Below are positions 12,601-21,853 of a stretch of 64,000 nucleotides of DNA, in pieces (within the stretch, counting starts at the first letter, position 1; every line of letters starts with the position of its first letter). The notes under the pieces are model-generated. The model made no database searches and was not told the origin of the DNA. It saw only the letters and a list, made by a program, of their open reading frames with translations. Position numbers and translations under genes: made by a program. Where the stretch lies: contig OZ037773.1 in the NCBI GenBank assembly GCA_964035545.1, forward strand, positions 3,997,751-4,061,750. Direction: 5' to 3'. The DNA is from Bugula neritina (Eukaryota > Animalia > Bryozoa).

Positions 12601-14238
12601 ACAAAATATATTGCATTATATCATATATTCACATTCAGTAAGTCGCAAAATCTTTCGGTCGTTGAAAGGGAGAGTGGAAATTAATATTCAACATTTATGA
12701 AAGGGGGGAATAGTACGAAAAAGGTTGGGAACCACTGTCCTAAACACTACAAAACGATGCCAATAGAGGAAACTAAAGAAAATACAATTTTACATAAAAT
12801 TTTAAGTAATTTTTTTTTATAAAAATTAAATTTGTTTGTATTCAAAATTCATCAGGTTTTATTTGTGGACCGATTATTTGAAATAGTTTTTAGTATGACA
12901 TCGAGTGCAAACTTGCGAGTTTAAAGGATTCTCCTATAGAATAAACACACTAAAGGATTCAGTGTGTCATTAGAAAGTAATCAACATACCAGGTGTTTTC
13001 AAAGCTTTACGTATATAAGCTGAGGTTTTCGAGAAAAAAGGTTGAAGATTGAATGTGGGTGAATCTTCTGCAGTAATGCCTAGAATTATGGAAATAGTAA
13101 TGAATATCTTTGAATGTAGAGGTACCGTAAAGGAAAAGTATAATAATGTCAATATATATATAATGCATATATATATTGCATATATAATGCATATATATAA
13201 CTGTAGATTTCTACTGACTCACCCATGAAGCTGATGCCAACCTTGGAATACATTTCAGAGTTGGTTTCAGAGTAATATCTCCCTTTACCATGTGCAGCAT
13301 TGAGTACGTGACTAAAACCGTTCTCTTTCAGGTTTAGAATGTTAACAGCTGCACCACTGAAATTGGAAGTAATTTTGATCTCAATTTCAGAGCTTTGGTG
13401 GGTTTGTTACAAAAGTTAAGGCCTGGCCACACGATCGTGAGAATCACACAAAATCATCTATTTGACACGAAAAATTATTCGTACGAGAAAATTTGAGGGA
13501 ATTCAAACAAAACCATCATCGTTGGGTGTACACAGCGATGACGATGGACGAAAAATCACAATCGACGATAAGTATCATTTGATTGGTCAATAGAATTTTA
13601 GCAACAGTAATTATTTCATTTCTACCACGTTTCTCTATTTGACAATTTTCTGCTGTTTGTATCTCATGCAAGACTCATTCACGGACTATTTATTATGTGT
13701 TTCGTCCGACGAGTGTGTGGCTAGTCAAAACAAAAGGATAACTCACGAAAATCGTCACACGATTTTGTGTGATTCTCACGATTGTGAGACCAGGCCTTTA
13801 CACAGGAGTCATTTAGCATGGAACTGGGTTTGTTTCATGCAGGTGTACTTGATATACAATAACTATAACAATGAGTAACTAATTCGATACAATGAAAAGG
13901 CAATAATTAAAACACTACAATATACACATTTAAATGTCTATACAGCAAGAGGGAAATTACACAACTAATTTGCTTGAATAGGAATATATTAGTTGAAAAG
14001 TCAAATAACACCGAAGAGTCAAGTCACACAGAAGTTCAAGTCACACAGAAATTCAAGCGAAGTTGTAGACTTACTGCTCGCCGATATAAATCCCGGGATA
14101 AACTTCGTCCATGGCTCTGCTAGGCATTTGCATAATTCCATGCTCTCCACTCAGGATTAGCTCCAGATCAGAAACACTCACTGACTTGTTTTCTTCCATC
14201 CAGGGTTTGGGATGTTTAGATCCAAGGTTTGATGGCAT
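9660..14238 (-). CDS. DUSP3: DUSP3/VHR-like dual-specificity phosphatase, copy 2 (~204 aa, C-terminal CSIV)
   Basis: Exons 14238-14075, 13356-13223, 13079-12990, 10673-10559 and 9771-9660. Reads MPSNLGSK...SVSDLELIL...[10 protein letters not shown]...HVLNAAHG...[19 protein letters not shown]...[14 protein letters not shown]...KKERTCSIV*. Confidence 0.92.
10983..12737 (+). mobile_element. Non-autonomous hAT (Charlie/Buster-like) DNA transposon
   Basis: 16-bp TIRs CAGTGGTTCCCAACCT / AGGTTGGGAACCACTG. The degenerate 8-bp TSD (tcatcaac/tcctaaac) corresponds to the empty site tcataaac at ~5833-5840 in unit 1. A remnant [16 protein letters not shown] (~12363-12410) resembles the hAT C-terminal dimerization motif. 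Confidence 0.88.
11999..12300. repeat. 60-bp minisatellite (~5 copies) inside the hAT element
   Basis: Unit gtgccagttttacctacttctccatttgcaccattattacctgtgccttttttacat...; only one unit is present in the sister element (~52500-52570). Confidence 0.9.
13419..13797. mobile_element. MITE, PIF/Harbinger-like
   Basis: ~37-bp TIRs AGGCCTGGCCACACGATCGTGAGAATCACACAAAATC / GATTTTGTGTGATTCTCACGATTGTGAGACCAGGCCT, flanked by TTA on both sides; absent from unit 1. Confidence 0.85.
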
Positions 14239-14843
14239 TACACTGACATAGACAAGGCAAAATGGAGGTCAGAAAATAGTCTTGGAAAGCTAAATATTTA
14301 CTCAAACTCACTGAACATGATGATAAACACTTTAAAGAGAAGCTTGATGGTACACGAAGATAAGTTTTACTGTGACTGCACAATAAATAGTAACATTTTA
14401 AGTTGTACCATCTAACTGGCTCAAACATGATGCTAAAACAGGGCTTTATGAATGAAAAACCTGAATAATATTTTGGGCACATAAGAATCAAAACAGCTCA
14501 ATTGCTGACGTTGAAAAACCTTTAACTTACCAAAAAAACATGGCAATAAGATATCTATAACAGTCTAAACTCTAAATTGTAAAATAGTACACATTGAAAG
14601 CAAGATAGTTATGCTATGTGTATATCAAAAACACTACATCAAAGAACTAAGCTACGGTAATTATAATTAAAGCAACAATAGGTAGAGTAACATATAGTCA
14701 TACATAGAGATAACATATAATTAAAAAACAGAACTAACAAATATAAAAATTTTTCTATCCATTTTAATCGCATAAAACCATTATTTATTTATCCATGCTT
14801 AAACTAAACAAGGACAATGTGAAACCCATTTTACCTCAAAAAA

Positions 14844-15969
14844 CTAGCTGTTGACTTTGTTGTGAGAGTCTCGGAATTCCTTAGGCACTTTGATGCCAAC
14901 ACAAGAGCCAGACTTCTCTGAATGCTTAATACAGCAGGAGTACATTCGCTGTAAGACCTGTTCGCACTTAACTTCCTGGTAGTTGTTAGCTGCAAAAAAG
15001 GGTTTAATAACTCATTGAAATTTCACTTGAATAGGAAATGAAAAAACTAGTTGAATCAGAGAAATAAGCAACAGTATTATGAGCCAAAAGACTTTATCTG
15101 ATTTCTTAGCAAATTTCATGAAAGGATTTAACTCTATGTATATATAAAAGCATGGTCATGGAAATTTGTGAACTATAGAAATATAGGCACAATGAAAATC
15201 TGTGCAACACACGAATGTTATCAACTTGAAGCAGATTGCTGAATAAATCTAAAAACAGTCATTACTTTCTTTTCTGTGCAGATTTTTCTTCACTTGTCGA
15301 ACACAAACAAGATACATTTTAGTAATATTGTTTCAATAAATTTAAATTTTGGCTAGTCTCAAAAATATAATATAAATTTCAAAGTAATCAAATCCAGCAA
15401 ATAATATAATTAGTGTCTGTTCTGCAAACTGTCCGTCCAGTTTTGTAGTTAGGGATGCTTTGAGTTAGATGCGCAACATTATGCTACCGATTAGATTTAG
15501 GAGTTGTTCTCTTACATTCTATTATTGTCGTACAAATTAACTGGCAGTAATGGTTATATGAATCAATGATTTGCCGTTAAATTCAAAGTAAATAATTCTA
15601 AAACACTTGTAATTCCATATTAAGAAAAAGATCACAAAGTAGAAAAAGTAAAGAACTGCTACTATATAGAAAATGAGAACTAAAAATTTTTACTTTGGAA
15701 TCTAAAGTAGGTACATTACATACTCTGGTCTACTCTCAACCTGTGATAATTATAAACACAATCATGTTGCGACATTTAAATGACAATATAAATCAAAACT
15801 TATATATATTTATACTGGCCATTAATTATATATATAACCAAAATTACATGCCTGGGGCGAAACCATAAAAAATTAAATTATTTAAATCTTTTAACCTGAA
15901 TAACTCTACCTACTAACCTTGCAAGCATTTCTGTATATCACAAGCATACGACTGACATGGGTCTTTCAT
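14844..15969 (-). CDS. CMC4: Cx9C motif-containing protein 4 (CMC4/p8-MTCP1-like), 65 aa, copy 2 (intact)
   Basis: Exons 15969-15918 and 14989-14844 give MKDPCQSYACDIQKCLQANNYQEVKCEQVLQRMYSCCIKHSEKSGSCVGIKVPKEFRDSHNKVNS*. It has twin Cx9C motifs and matches the recalled human CMC4 pattern (KDPCQKQACEIQKCLQANSYMESKC...CC). It is absent from the supplied ORF track because both exons are short. Confidence 0.93.
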
Positions 15970-16839
15970 CTATTAATCGTTCAAATCAACCTGAAAAGAC
16001 TTACGTATTTATTTTAATCAATTTATTAATTAGCAACATTTAATGAAAGAAGCATCTGCTATATTCATGGCAATATCAAAAACCATGACTAAACGAAAGA
16101 AACATTAACATTAACAACTAGTAGTAATAATAAAAAGGATTCTCAATAGCATAATTATTAATTGTTGAGCCTATAACTTATATCAATATCAACATGTGTA
16201 TTGTGATAATTATAATCAACTACGATTATGATGAACTCAACATAAAAATGATTGGCACCATTATAATTTTCACTATTACAGTGTGATTGTTACTGTTAGT
16301 CAGTAAGTTAGTGCCACTGACAAACACAATGAGCATGAGCTATGGCACTGTATTTTTCGTTAAGTAATTACCACCATGCCTGACTCACAGTAACTGAGAG
16401 TGACTGCCCGGTCATCTTCATCTCCGTCCCGTCATGGGCACCGGTTCATGAAACTGAGTGGTACTTGCATTGAATCAGATTAGTTTTTTTATTTTAAAAA
16501 AAGTTAAACTAAATTTACCCTTAAAAGTAGAAGTTTAAGTGAAACCTTAACTAGTGAACTTCAACTTGTACTTGTAGTTAATGTTATACTTTTACTTTTA
16601 GTTGTAAATTAAAGTTGTACTCTCGTCCATAAGCTTTAGAAAATGACAGTACAGGTATCAGGTATGACTAATAGTAATAGTAATACTAACAGTGAACTAA
16701 TACTATGAGTATGAGTAGCAGTATCACTATCACACTATGACTATCACTATGAGTATGAGTATTAGGATGACTATGAGCATACTCATACTCATAGTGATAG
16801 TATCACTATTACTATGACTTAGACTATGAGTATGAGTAT

Positions 16840-17192
16840 TGTAGTGAGTCATGCAAAGTACAAATACGGGAATCGCCCTCTCTCCGTTCTTGGAATACTA
16901 AGACCCTTATGTAGCAACCAATTAGCAGCACCGGAAGATATGCTTCCGACTCACGTGACACTTCCCGGGTTATTAACAATTGATCATGTTGTTGTAAGCG
17001 GAGGCTTGAAGTAGAAGCATGTGTTAGTAGTTGACTGATGTATAGGATAATTTGATGTGATTTTTACTTTATGTTTTATTGTGGATAATAAATATAATTA
17101 CTCGACAGCTACCCTAGTAATTGCTAGTAGAATAGCCAACTAAGTATACGCAAGTAGATAACTCACGGACAGTAATTGCACGAATTACTACA
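16840..17192 (+). repeat. 5' LTR
   Basis: Direct repeat of 21854-22206 with 3 mismatches found by eye; TG...CA ends; AATAAA at 17087-17092. Confidence 0.97.
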
Positions 17193-17193
17193 G

Positions 17194-17211
17194 TGGTGGC
17201 AGCGGTGGGAT
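17194..17211 (+). promoter_or_regulatory. Primer binding site, tRNA-Leu type
   Basis: TGGTGGCAGCGGTGGGAT lies 1 nt after the LTR and is complementary to the 3' end (...AUCCCACCGCUGCCACCA) of metazoan tRNA-Leu(AAG/TAG). Confidence 0.85.
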
Positions 17212-17227
17212 CTTGCGTATAGCAGTC

Positions 17228-18178
17228 ATGGCAAAAGACGGCACGGAGCTACCCATTCCACTGAATGAAGGTGAGAGAGATAATGTTGATATACCTGTGG
17301 AACCAGTGGTGTTAGAAGAAGAAGTGAGAATTCCTAGAGAGCATGGTGAAGACAGATACCGGCTGAAGGCACCCACCTTCACGGGCGAAGAAGCAGTGGA
17401 GCAGTTTATCCAAGAATTCCAAGATGTGATGGAAGTTGCACAATGGCCACCAAGGGTGGCGTTGCTCAAGCTTAGGATGGCGCTGACGGACAAGGCTAAG
17501 CCGTACGGAGCGGGACCTGACATAGACGGAATCTTTGCTTCTCTGCGGGCCCGCTTTGGCATCTCCCCCATAGATGCGCGGGCCCGTCTACAAAGGCTGC
17601 GGCGTGATCCTCACACGTCGCTACAAGAGCACGCTGCCACGGTGTACCCACTAGCGCAGATCGCGTTCCGCGATCTGCCTCCAGTACACCGTGAGAGGTA
17701 TACTTATGATGCCTTCGTGCAGTCCATCAACGACTTGGGACTCCACCATCAATTCCAAGCGAGGGGAGTCACCACGGTCGAAGATGCACTGGCGGTGGGA
17801 GAAGCCTACCTCATGGCGACTCATATGCACCGCAACCGCGTGGCCTCCCGCCAGGTGGCCACGGAGCACACTACTGCTCATACAGAACCAAACGCGGAAC
17901 CCTCCGCGGTGGCTAATGTGAACCAGATGTCACTAGCATCAAAAGTCGCGCAGATGACTGACATGCTAGATAAACTGGTCGCCACATTAGCTCCCCCAAG
18001 CCAGGTAGATACCGCCCGTGAGCCTTGCGGGCCGCAGGTACAATCACCAGGCATGGGGCATAACTTCTGCTGGGGATGTGGAAGGCCAGGACATTTCCAG
18101 AAGAACTGCCCTCAACTCCAACAAGGGTTAAACTACCACAGCCCGCAGATGTTCCCACCTCCTGCGGGCCGTCTGTAA
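17228..18178 (+). CDS. gag: Gag (capsid-like region plus CCHC zinc knuckle)
   Basis: ATG at 17228; retrotransposon Gag-like LKAPTFTGEEAVEQFIQEF...W; knuckle CWGCGRPGHFQKNC. Confidence 0.9.
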   Translation: MAKDGTELPIPLNEGERDNVDIPVEPVVLEEEVRIPREHGEDRYRLKAPTFTGEEAVEQFIQEFQDVMEVAQWPPRVALLKLRMALTDKAKPYGAGPDIDGIFASLRARFGISPIDARARLQRLRRDPHTSLQEHAATVYPLAQIAFRDLPPVHRERYTYDAFVQSINDLGLHHQFQARGVTTVEDALAVGEAYLMATHMHRNRVASRQVATEHTTAHTEPNAEPSAVANVNQMSLASKVAQMTDMLDKLVATLAPPSQVDTAREPCGPQVQSPGMGHNFCWGCGRPGHFQKNCPQLQQGLNYHSPQMFPPPAGRL

Positions 18179-20472
18179 ATCACCCAGGGAGGCCCGCGCG
18201 TCTGCCGCCCCGCTGGGCGCCTCGCGGAGATGTTGTGAAGTGGCGACCCCCGCGGCAAGTAGGCTCCAGCCACTCGTCGCCTGGGTCCTCTACGCCACTC
18301 CAACACCAACACGGATCCGGCAGACGGTTGATCTCAGAGCCTGCGAGGGAAACGGTACAGGCGCCGCAAGGCGTACCGCCCCAACCTCGGCAGCTGGTCA
18401 ATAGTCGTCGCCAACCGTGGACCCCTCGACCCACAGCGAGGGAGGTGCAACCATGGCACACACAGCTGCAGCCACACGGAAGTAGCTACTTCCTGCCAGG
18501 AAAGCTAGCCGGCAAGCCTGCCAACTTCCTCCTGGACTCAGGCTGCACCACCAACCTCCTTAGCCGTCAATTCTTTGACACCTTCAGCGCTAAGGTCAAG
18601 GACGGGTTGGCACCGTATGAGGGGGATCATGGCACCCTGGCAGACGGGTCGTGCATTCCCTTCTACGGCATTATTGAGCTGACTGGTTACATCCGTAACC
18701 AGGCCATCCAAGAGACGTTTATCGTCGGGCAGCTCAACGAGGACGCTATCCTCGGGATGCCATTCTTACAACGACACGGATGTCGCATCGATTTCAGTAA
18801 ATCTGCGATGATCATGGGCGACAGGGAGCTCGCTTGTGTCGATAAGTTTGGTCGTCCTCTAGCGGGAGCAGTGCAGGTAGTACGGAGCTGTACTATACCA
18901 AGCCACTCCCGGGCTACCGTCCGCTGCAAAGTAGACGGTGGCCAAACCTCTAAGTTGGGAGTTGTCGAAAGTACGCACTCAAGAATCCAACTTGCCCATA
19001 GCTTTAGCCGGCTTACGGGACAAGGAGAGATCTTAGTGCAGTGCGTCAACCCCTCCTCAGAGACAGTAGACCTATCACCCAGGTCCATGCTGGGCCGCTT
19101 CCATCCTGTCCAGGAGGAAGCCATTGGGCCGTCGTCGGGAGCTACGACGGAAGGTCCTCAGCAGAGCCCGTCTCAAGGGCGGAGGACCGTCCCAACCCAC
19201 GCCTCCCATCCTCTAGGGACGCGTGGCTACACAGGCAACGGGAAGCGCCAGGCTATGGCTAGGTTGCCACATGGGTACAGTGAGGCGCTCCGCCACACAG
19301 ACCGCGACGCCCGCCTAAATAGAGCAGGCCGTCGTGAGGTACCACGGGCGGCGAAGACCGCCCCTGCTCAGCAACTCCAACAGAGGGCTGACACGCCCCC
19401 GGAGGCTGTCCAGAGCCTCCGCGCCAAACCTGTATGGGCTGGTAACGTTAGGGAGCTGCCGAAGCTCCAGGAAAGCCTTCCTGGGGTGGTAGCCGACGTG
19501 TACCGAGCGAAACAGGAAGGGCGACGACCCAGTAGTAAACAACGGCGACAGGGATGCGCCGAGTTACGGCTGTACTGTCAACGTTGGAACTCTCTGCGGG
19601 TCGGGCCAGATGGTCTGCTGACCATGACCTTGGCCGCCAACAGCAGACAGCCAGCCCGGAAGAGGGTCGTCTGCCCAGCTGCCATCCGCCGGGAGTTGAT
19701 ACAAGACACCCACGAGAAGACTCACGGAGGAGTCCAAGGAGTGGTCATCAAGCTACAACTCCGGTGGTACTGGCCCAACATGGAGCGGGATATCCGGCGC
19801 AGAGTGAGACGGTGCGAAGTCTGCCAGACCAACAAGCATAGCCGTCTCCCTGGTAAAGCGGGACGGCAGACGCATTGTGCGAGGAGGTCTTGGCGAGCGG
19901 AGACTGTCGTCCTGGCCGGAAACACCTCCATGCCATCTCAGGAAGACTTGGCGAGGCGAGAAAGGCCACTTCCGTCCTTGAAAGTGCGCCCACCGCCCCC
20001 AACGTCAAGCCTGCCATCACCACCACTTCCGGAACCAGAAACGGGTCCGGAAGTGCAAAAACCCCCCGTGGGAGGGGCTCCGCAAGGAGATACCAACGTA
20101 GGAACAACCGTCACCAACAGGCTGGAAAAACCACCCGTGAGACATAACAATCTACGGGTGAGCACACCGCCTCCCACAGAGACGACGCCTCCAGGACCAC
20201 ACACTAGGCAACTCCCAGCGTGTCTCAGAGACTGTGTACGTGACCGCGGTATAAGCGGCAGTAACGAAAGTCTAGAGAGGCCTCGCATGGGAAAACAGGC
20301 AAAGAGACGTGGGAGTTGTGAACACCACGGAAATCTCAACTTTTGCCTCGGCGGAATCTCACACGAGATTCATCCGCTGGAAGTGAAAAGCCCTAGTCAC
20401 GTTTCACAACCACGCTGTCCGGTCTTTACCTACGTTGATGCAGTCAAGAGTAGACGTGCCACTAAACAGTAA
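18076..20472 (+). CDS. Internally deleted Pol: aspartic protease plus integrase HHCC zinc finger; no RT, RNase H or DDE core
   Basis: FLLDSGCTTNLL and AILGMPFL (retropepsin); H(EKT)H...WYWPNM...CEVC (integrase Zn-binding). No YxDD, no RNase H motifs and no D,D(35)E core are visible in the 798-codon open frame. Confidence 0.85.
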   Translation: MWKARTFPEELPSTPTRVKLPQPADVPTSCGPSVNHPGRPARLPPRWAPRGDVVKWRPPRQVGSSHSSPGSSTPLQHQHGSGRRLISEPARETVQAPQGVPPQPRQLVNSRRQPWTPRPTAREVQPWHTQLQPHGSSYFLPGKLAGKPANFLLDSGCTTNLLSRQFFDTFSAKVKDGLAPYEGDHGTLADGSCIPFYGIIELTGYIRNQAIQETFIVGQLNEDAILGMPFLQRHGCRIDFSKSAMIMGDRELACVDKFGRPLAGAVQVVRSCTIPSHSRATVRCKVDGGQTSKLGVVESTHSRIQLAHSFSRLTGQGEILVQCVNPSSETVDLSPRSMLGRFHPVQEEAIGPSSGATTEGPQQSPSQGRRTVPTHASHPLGTRGYTGNGKRQAMARLPHGYSEALRHTDRDARLNRAGRREVPRAAKTAPAQQLQQRADTPPEAVQSLRAKPVWAGNVRELPKLQESLPGVVADVYRAKQEGRRPSSKQRRQGCAELRLYCQRWNSLRVGPDGLLTMTLAANSRQPARKRVVCPAAIRRELIQDTHEKTHGGVQGVVIKLQLRWYWPNMERDIRRRVRRCEVCQTNKHSRLPGKAGRQTHCARRSWRAETVVLAGNTSMPSQEDLARRERPLPSLKVRPPPPTSSLPSPPLPEPETGPEVQKPPVGGAPQGDTNVGTTVTNRLEKPPVRHNNLRVSTPPPTETTPPGPHTRQLPACLRDCVRDRGISGSNESLERPRMGKQAKRRGSCEHHGNLNFCLGGISHEIHPLEVKSPSHVSQPRCPVFTYVDAVKSRRATKQ
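18127..18192 (+). promoter_or_regulatory. Putative -1 programmed ribosomal frameshift signal
   Basis: In-phase heptamer G_TTA_AAC (18127-18133), a 7-nt spacer and a perfect 8-bp stem GCCCGCAG/CTGCGGGC (18141-18169); ORF2 is in the -1 frame. Confidence 0.7.
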
Positions 20473-20495
20473 TCATTTACCACTCTCATTCCAAA

Positions 20496-21553
20496 ATGTC
20501 TTACTATTCTGGATCGAAGGGTGAGTTAATTATGTTTTTGGTACGATAACTAGACTGCATCAGTCAGCTTTAGCTACACTAGCTAGCGAGCTGGAGATTC
20601 GATAATGATAAACAGTGGTGGGAATATATGTCGACTTTGATTTTAAATAATCTGCCATAGCGAGTGTGTTCTCCATCAACTATTCATTAGCCTGAATCTC
20701 ACGAGTGTAACTGAACAGAGTACCGGTCAGGCTGTACACGCCGACGGTACCTCAGTGTATAATCTTTAACACTGCTACTCTTTCAGATCACACTCGAGTG
20801 ACCACCTCCCGGTCACGGGACCAGCCAACCTCTCTGCCTATGGAAGAAGAACCTGTAATGGAGAACGGCTTACCCGTGGTGCTTCGTCGACGACACCGCT
20901 GGGTGTCACCCACGACGGAAAGGAGAACTGAGGAAGCCTGGGGACCCAGTGGACCCCACCGGACCTGCCAGGTCTGCTTCGAGGAGTGCCCGTCACACCG
21001 CTCCCTGCGTCTGCATGTAGACGCCCATTTTCTACTCCACTTCTGCCCATGCGGGTTCCACGATGTATACCCGTATCCTGTGACAGTCCATAAGCTGAGC
21101 TGCTTCGCCGGAGAGAACCATACTGTTGATGAGGACAGTTTCCCCCAATACCTGGACGCCATCAAGCCAGTCATCAAGAAGGCTATCACCCTGGCCGCAC
21201 TAGCGTCAGGGTTCCAAGTACTGCTGTTATCCGCCCGCCATAAGTCCCCTATAGTTCAGGGCCCGTCTCCTACCCCCGTCAACCCTAGCAACACCCCCGA
21301 ATTAGAAGGAACAACAATACCCTCTCTAACAGAGACTACTACAACCCCGCCAAGGCCTAGCCAGCTGGCTAATGTAGAAGAGCGGCTTGTAAGACTACAA
21401 GCCGAGTTTACGCAACTGGCCCCTGACCTGCTGGATACGACGACAGGTCTATACCAGCTGAAGGACTCAGTGGGGCAACTGAAGAGGCGGCTACGTGCCC
21501 GACAGGCTCGACACAGAGCACGATCGCTACAAGAGTCAGAGTCCACCCAATGA
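20496..21553 (+). CDS. Spliced accessory ORF3 of the LTR element (~263 aa): C2H2 and C2HC zinc fingers plus C-terminal coiled coil and basic tail
   Basis: Exon 1 20496-20520 (caaaATG, MSYYSGSK); intron 20521-20786 (G|GTGAGT ... tttaac...ctactctttcAG); exon 2 20787-21553 in frame. Fingers: CQVC-x12-H-x3-H and CPC-x12-H-x3-C. Confidence 0.75.
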
Positions 21554-21842
21554 GTATGCCTGGGGTAGGCACTTTTCGTTGAGCTGTATTTCGTCTGGAA
21601 AGTGACGAGTGCTCCGACATTGGCCCGCGTGCTGGTAAGCACCCTCTCTCTTTATAGCTGGCTAGATGTGTGTGTTCGATCACCCTGTTTACTTCTGTAT
21701 ATAAATGTTGTCGTACTCAACTATTTCTCTTCTCCCTTTTTGTGGGTTTACTTATGTATGTTTTTCTTTTTGGATTATTGTATTGTTTTTTTCTTTATGT
21801 GTTTTTTTTGTATTGTGTTATCAGAAAGTAGGGCTTTCTGCT

Positions 21843-21853
21843 GGGGGGGGCGG
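21843..21853 (+). promoter_or_regulatory. Polypurine tract
   Basis: GGGGGGGGCGG immediately 5' of the 3' LTR. Confidence 0.75.

Larger units (their letters stand above)
3603..16100. repeat. Tandem segmental duplication: unit 1 ~3603-8559, unit 2 ~8560-16100
   Basis: caagtatttcattctaactagtattatgtcc (3603) matches caagtgtttcattccaactagtattatgtcc (8560). catggcaatattaaacaacatgact (~8520) matches catggcaatatcaaaaaccatgact (~16066). Exons and introns are collinear; unit 2 is longer mainly because of TE insertions. Confidence 0.93.

Noticed and set aside
20798-21553. ORF3 as an envelope (env) gene
   Set aside because: No signal peptide or transmembrane anchor is visible; the protein has zinc fingers and a coiled coil instead.
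17188-21683. Multiple antisense and alternate-frame ORFs within the LTR element
   Set aside because: Expected shadows of GC-rich coding sequence; none has a recognisable motif.
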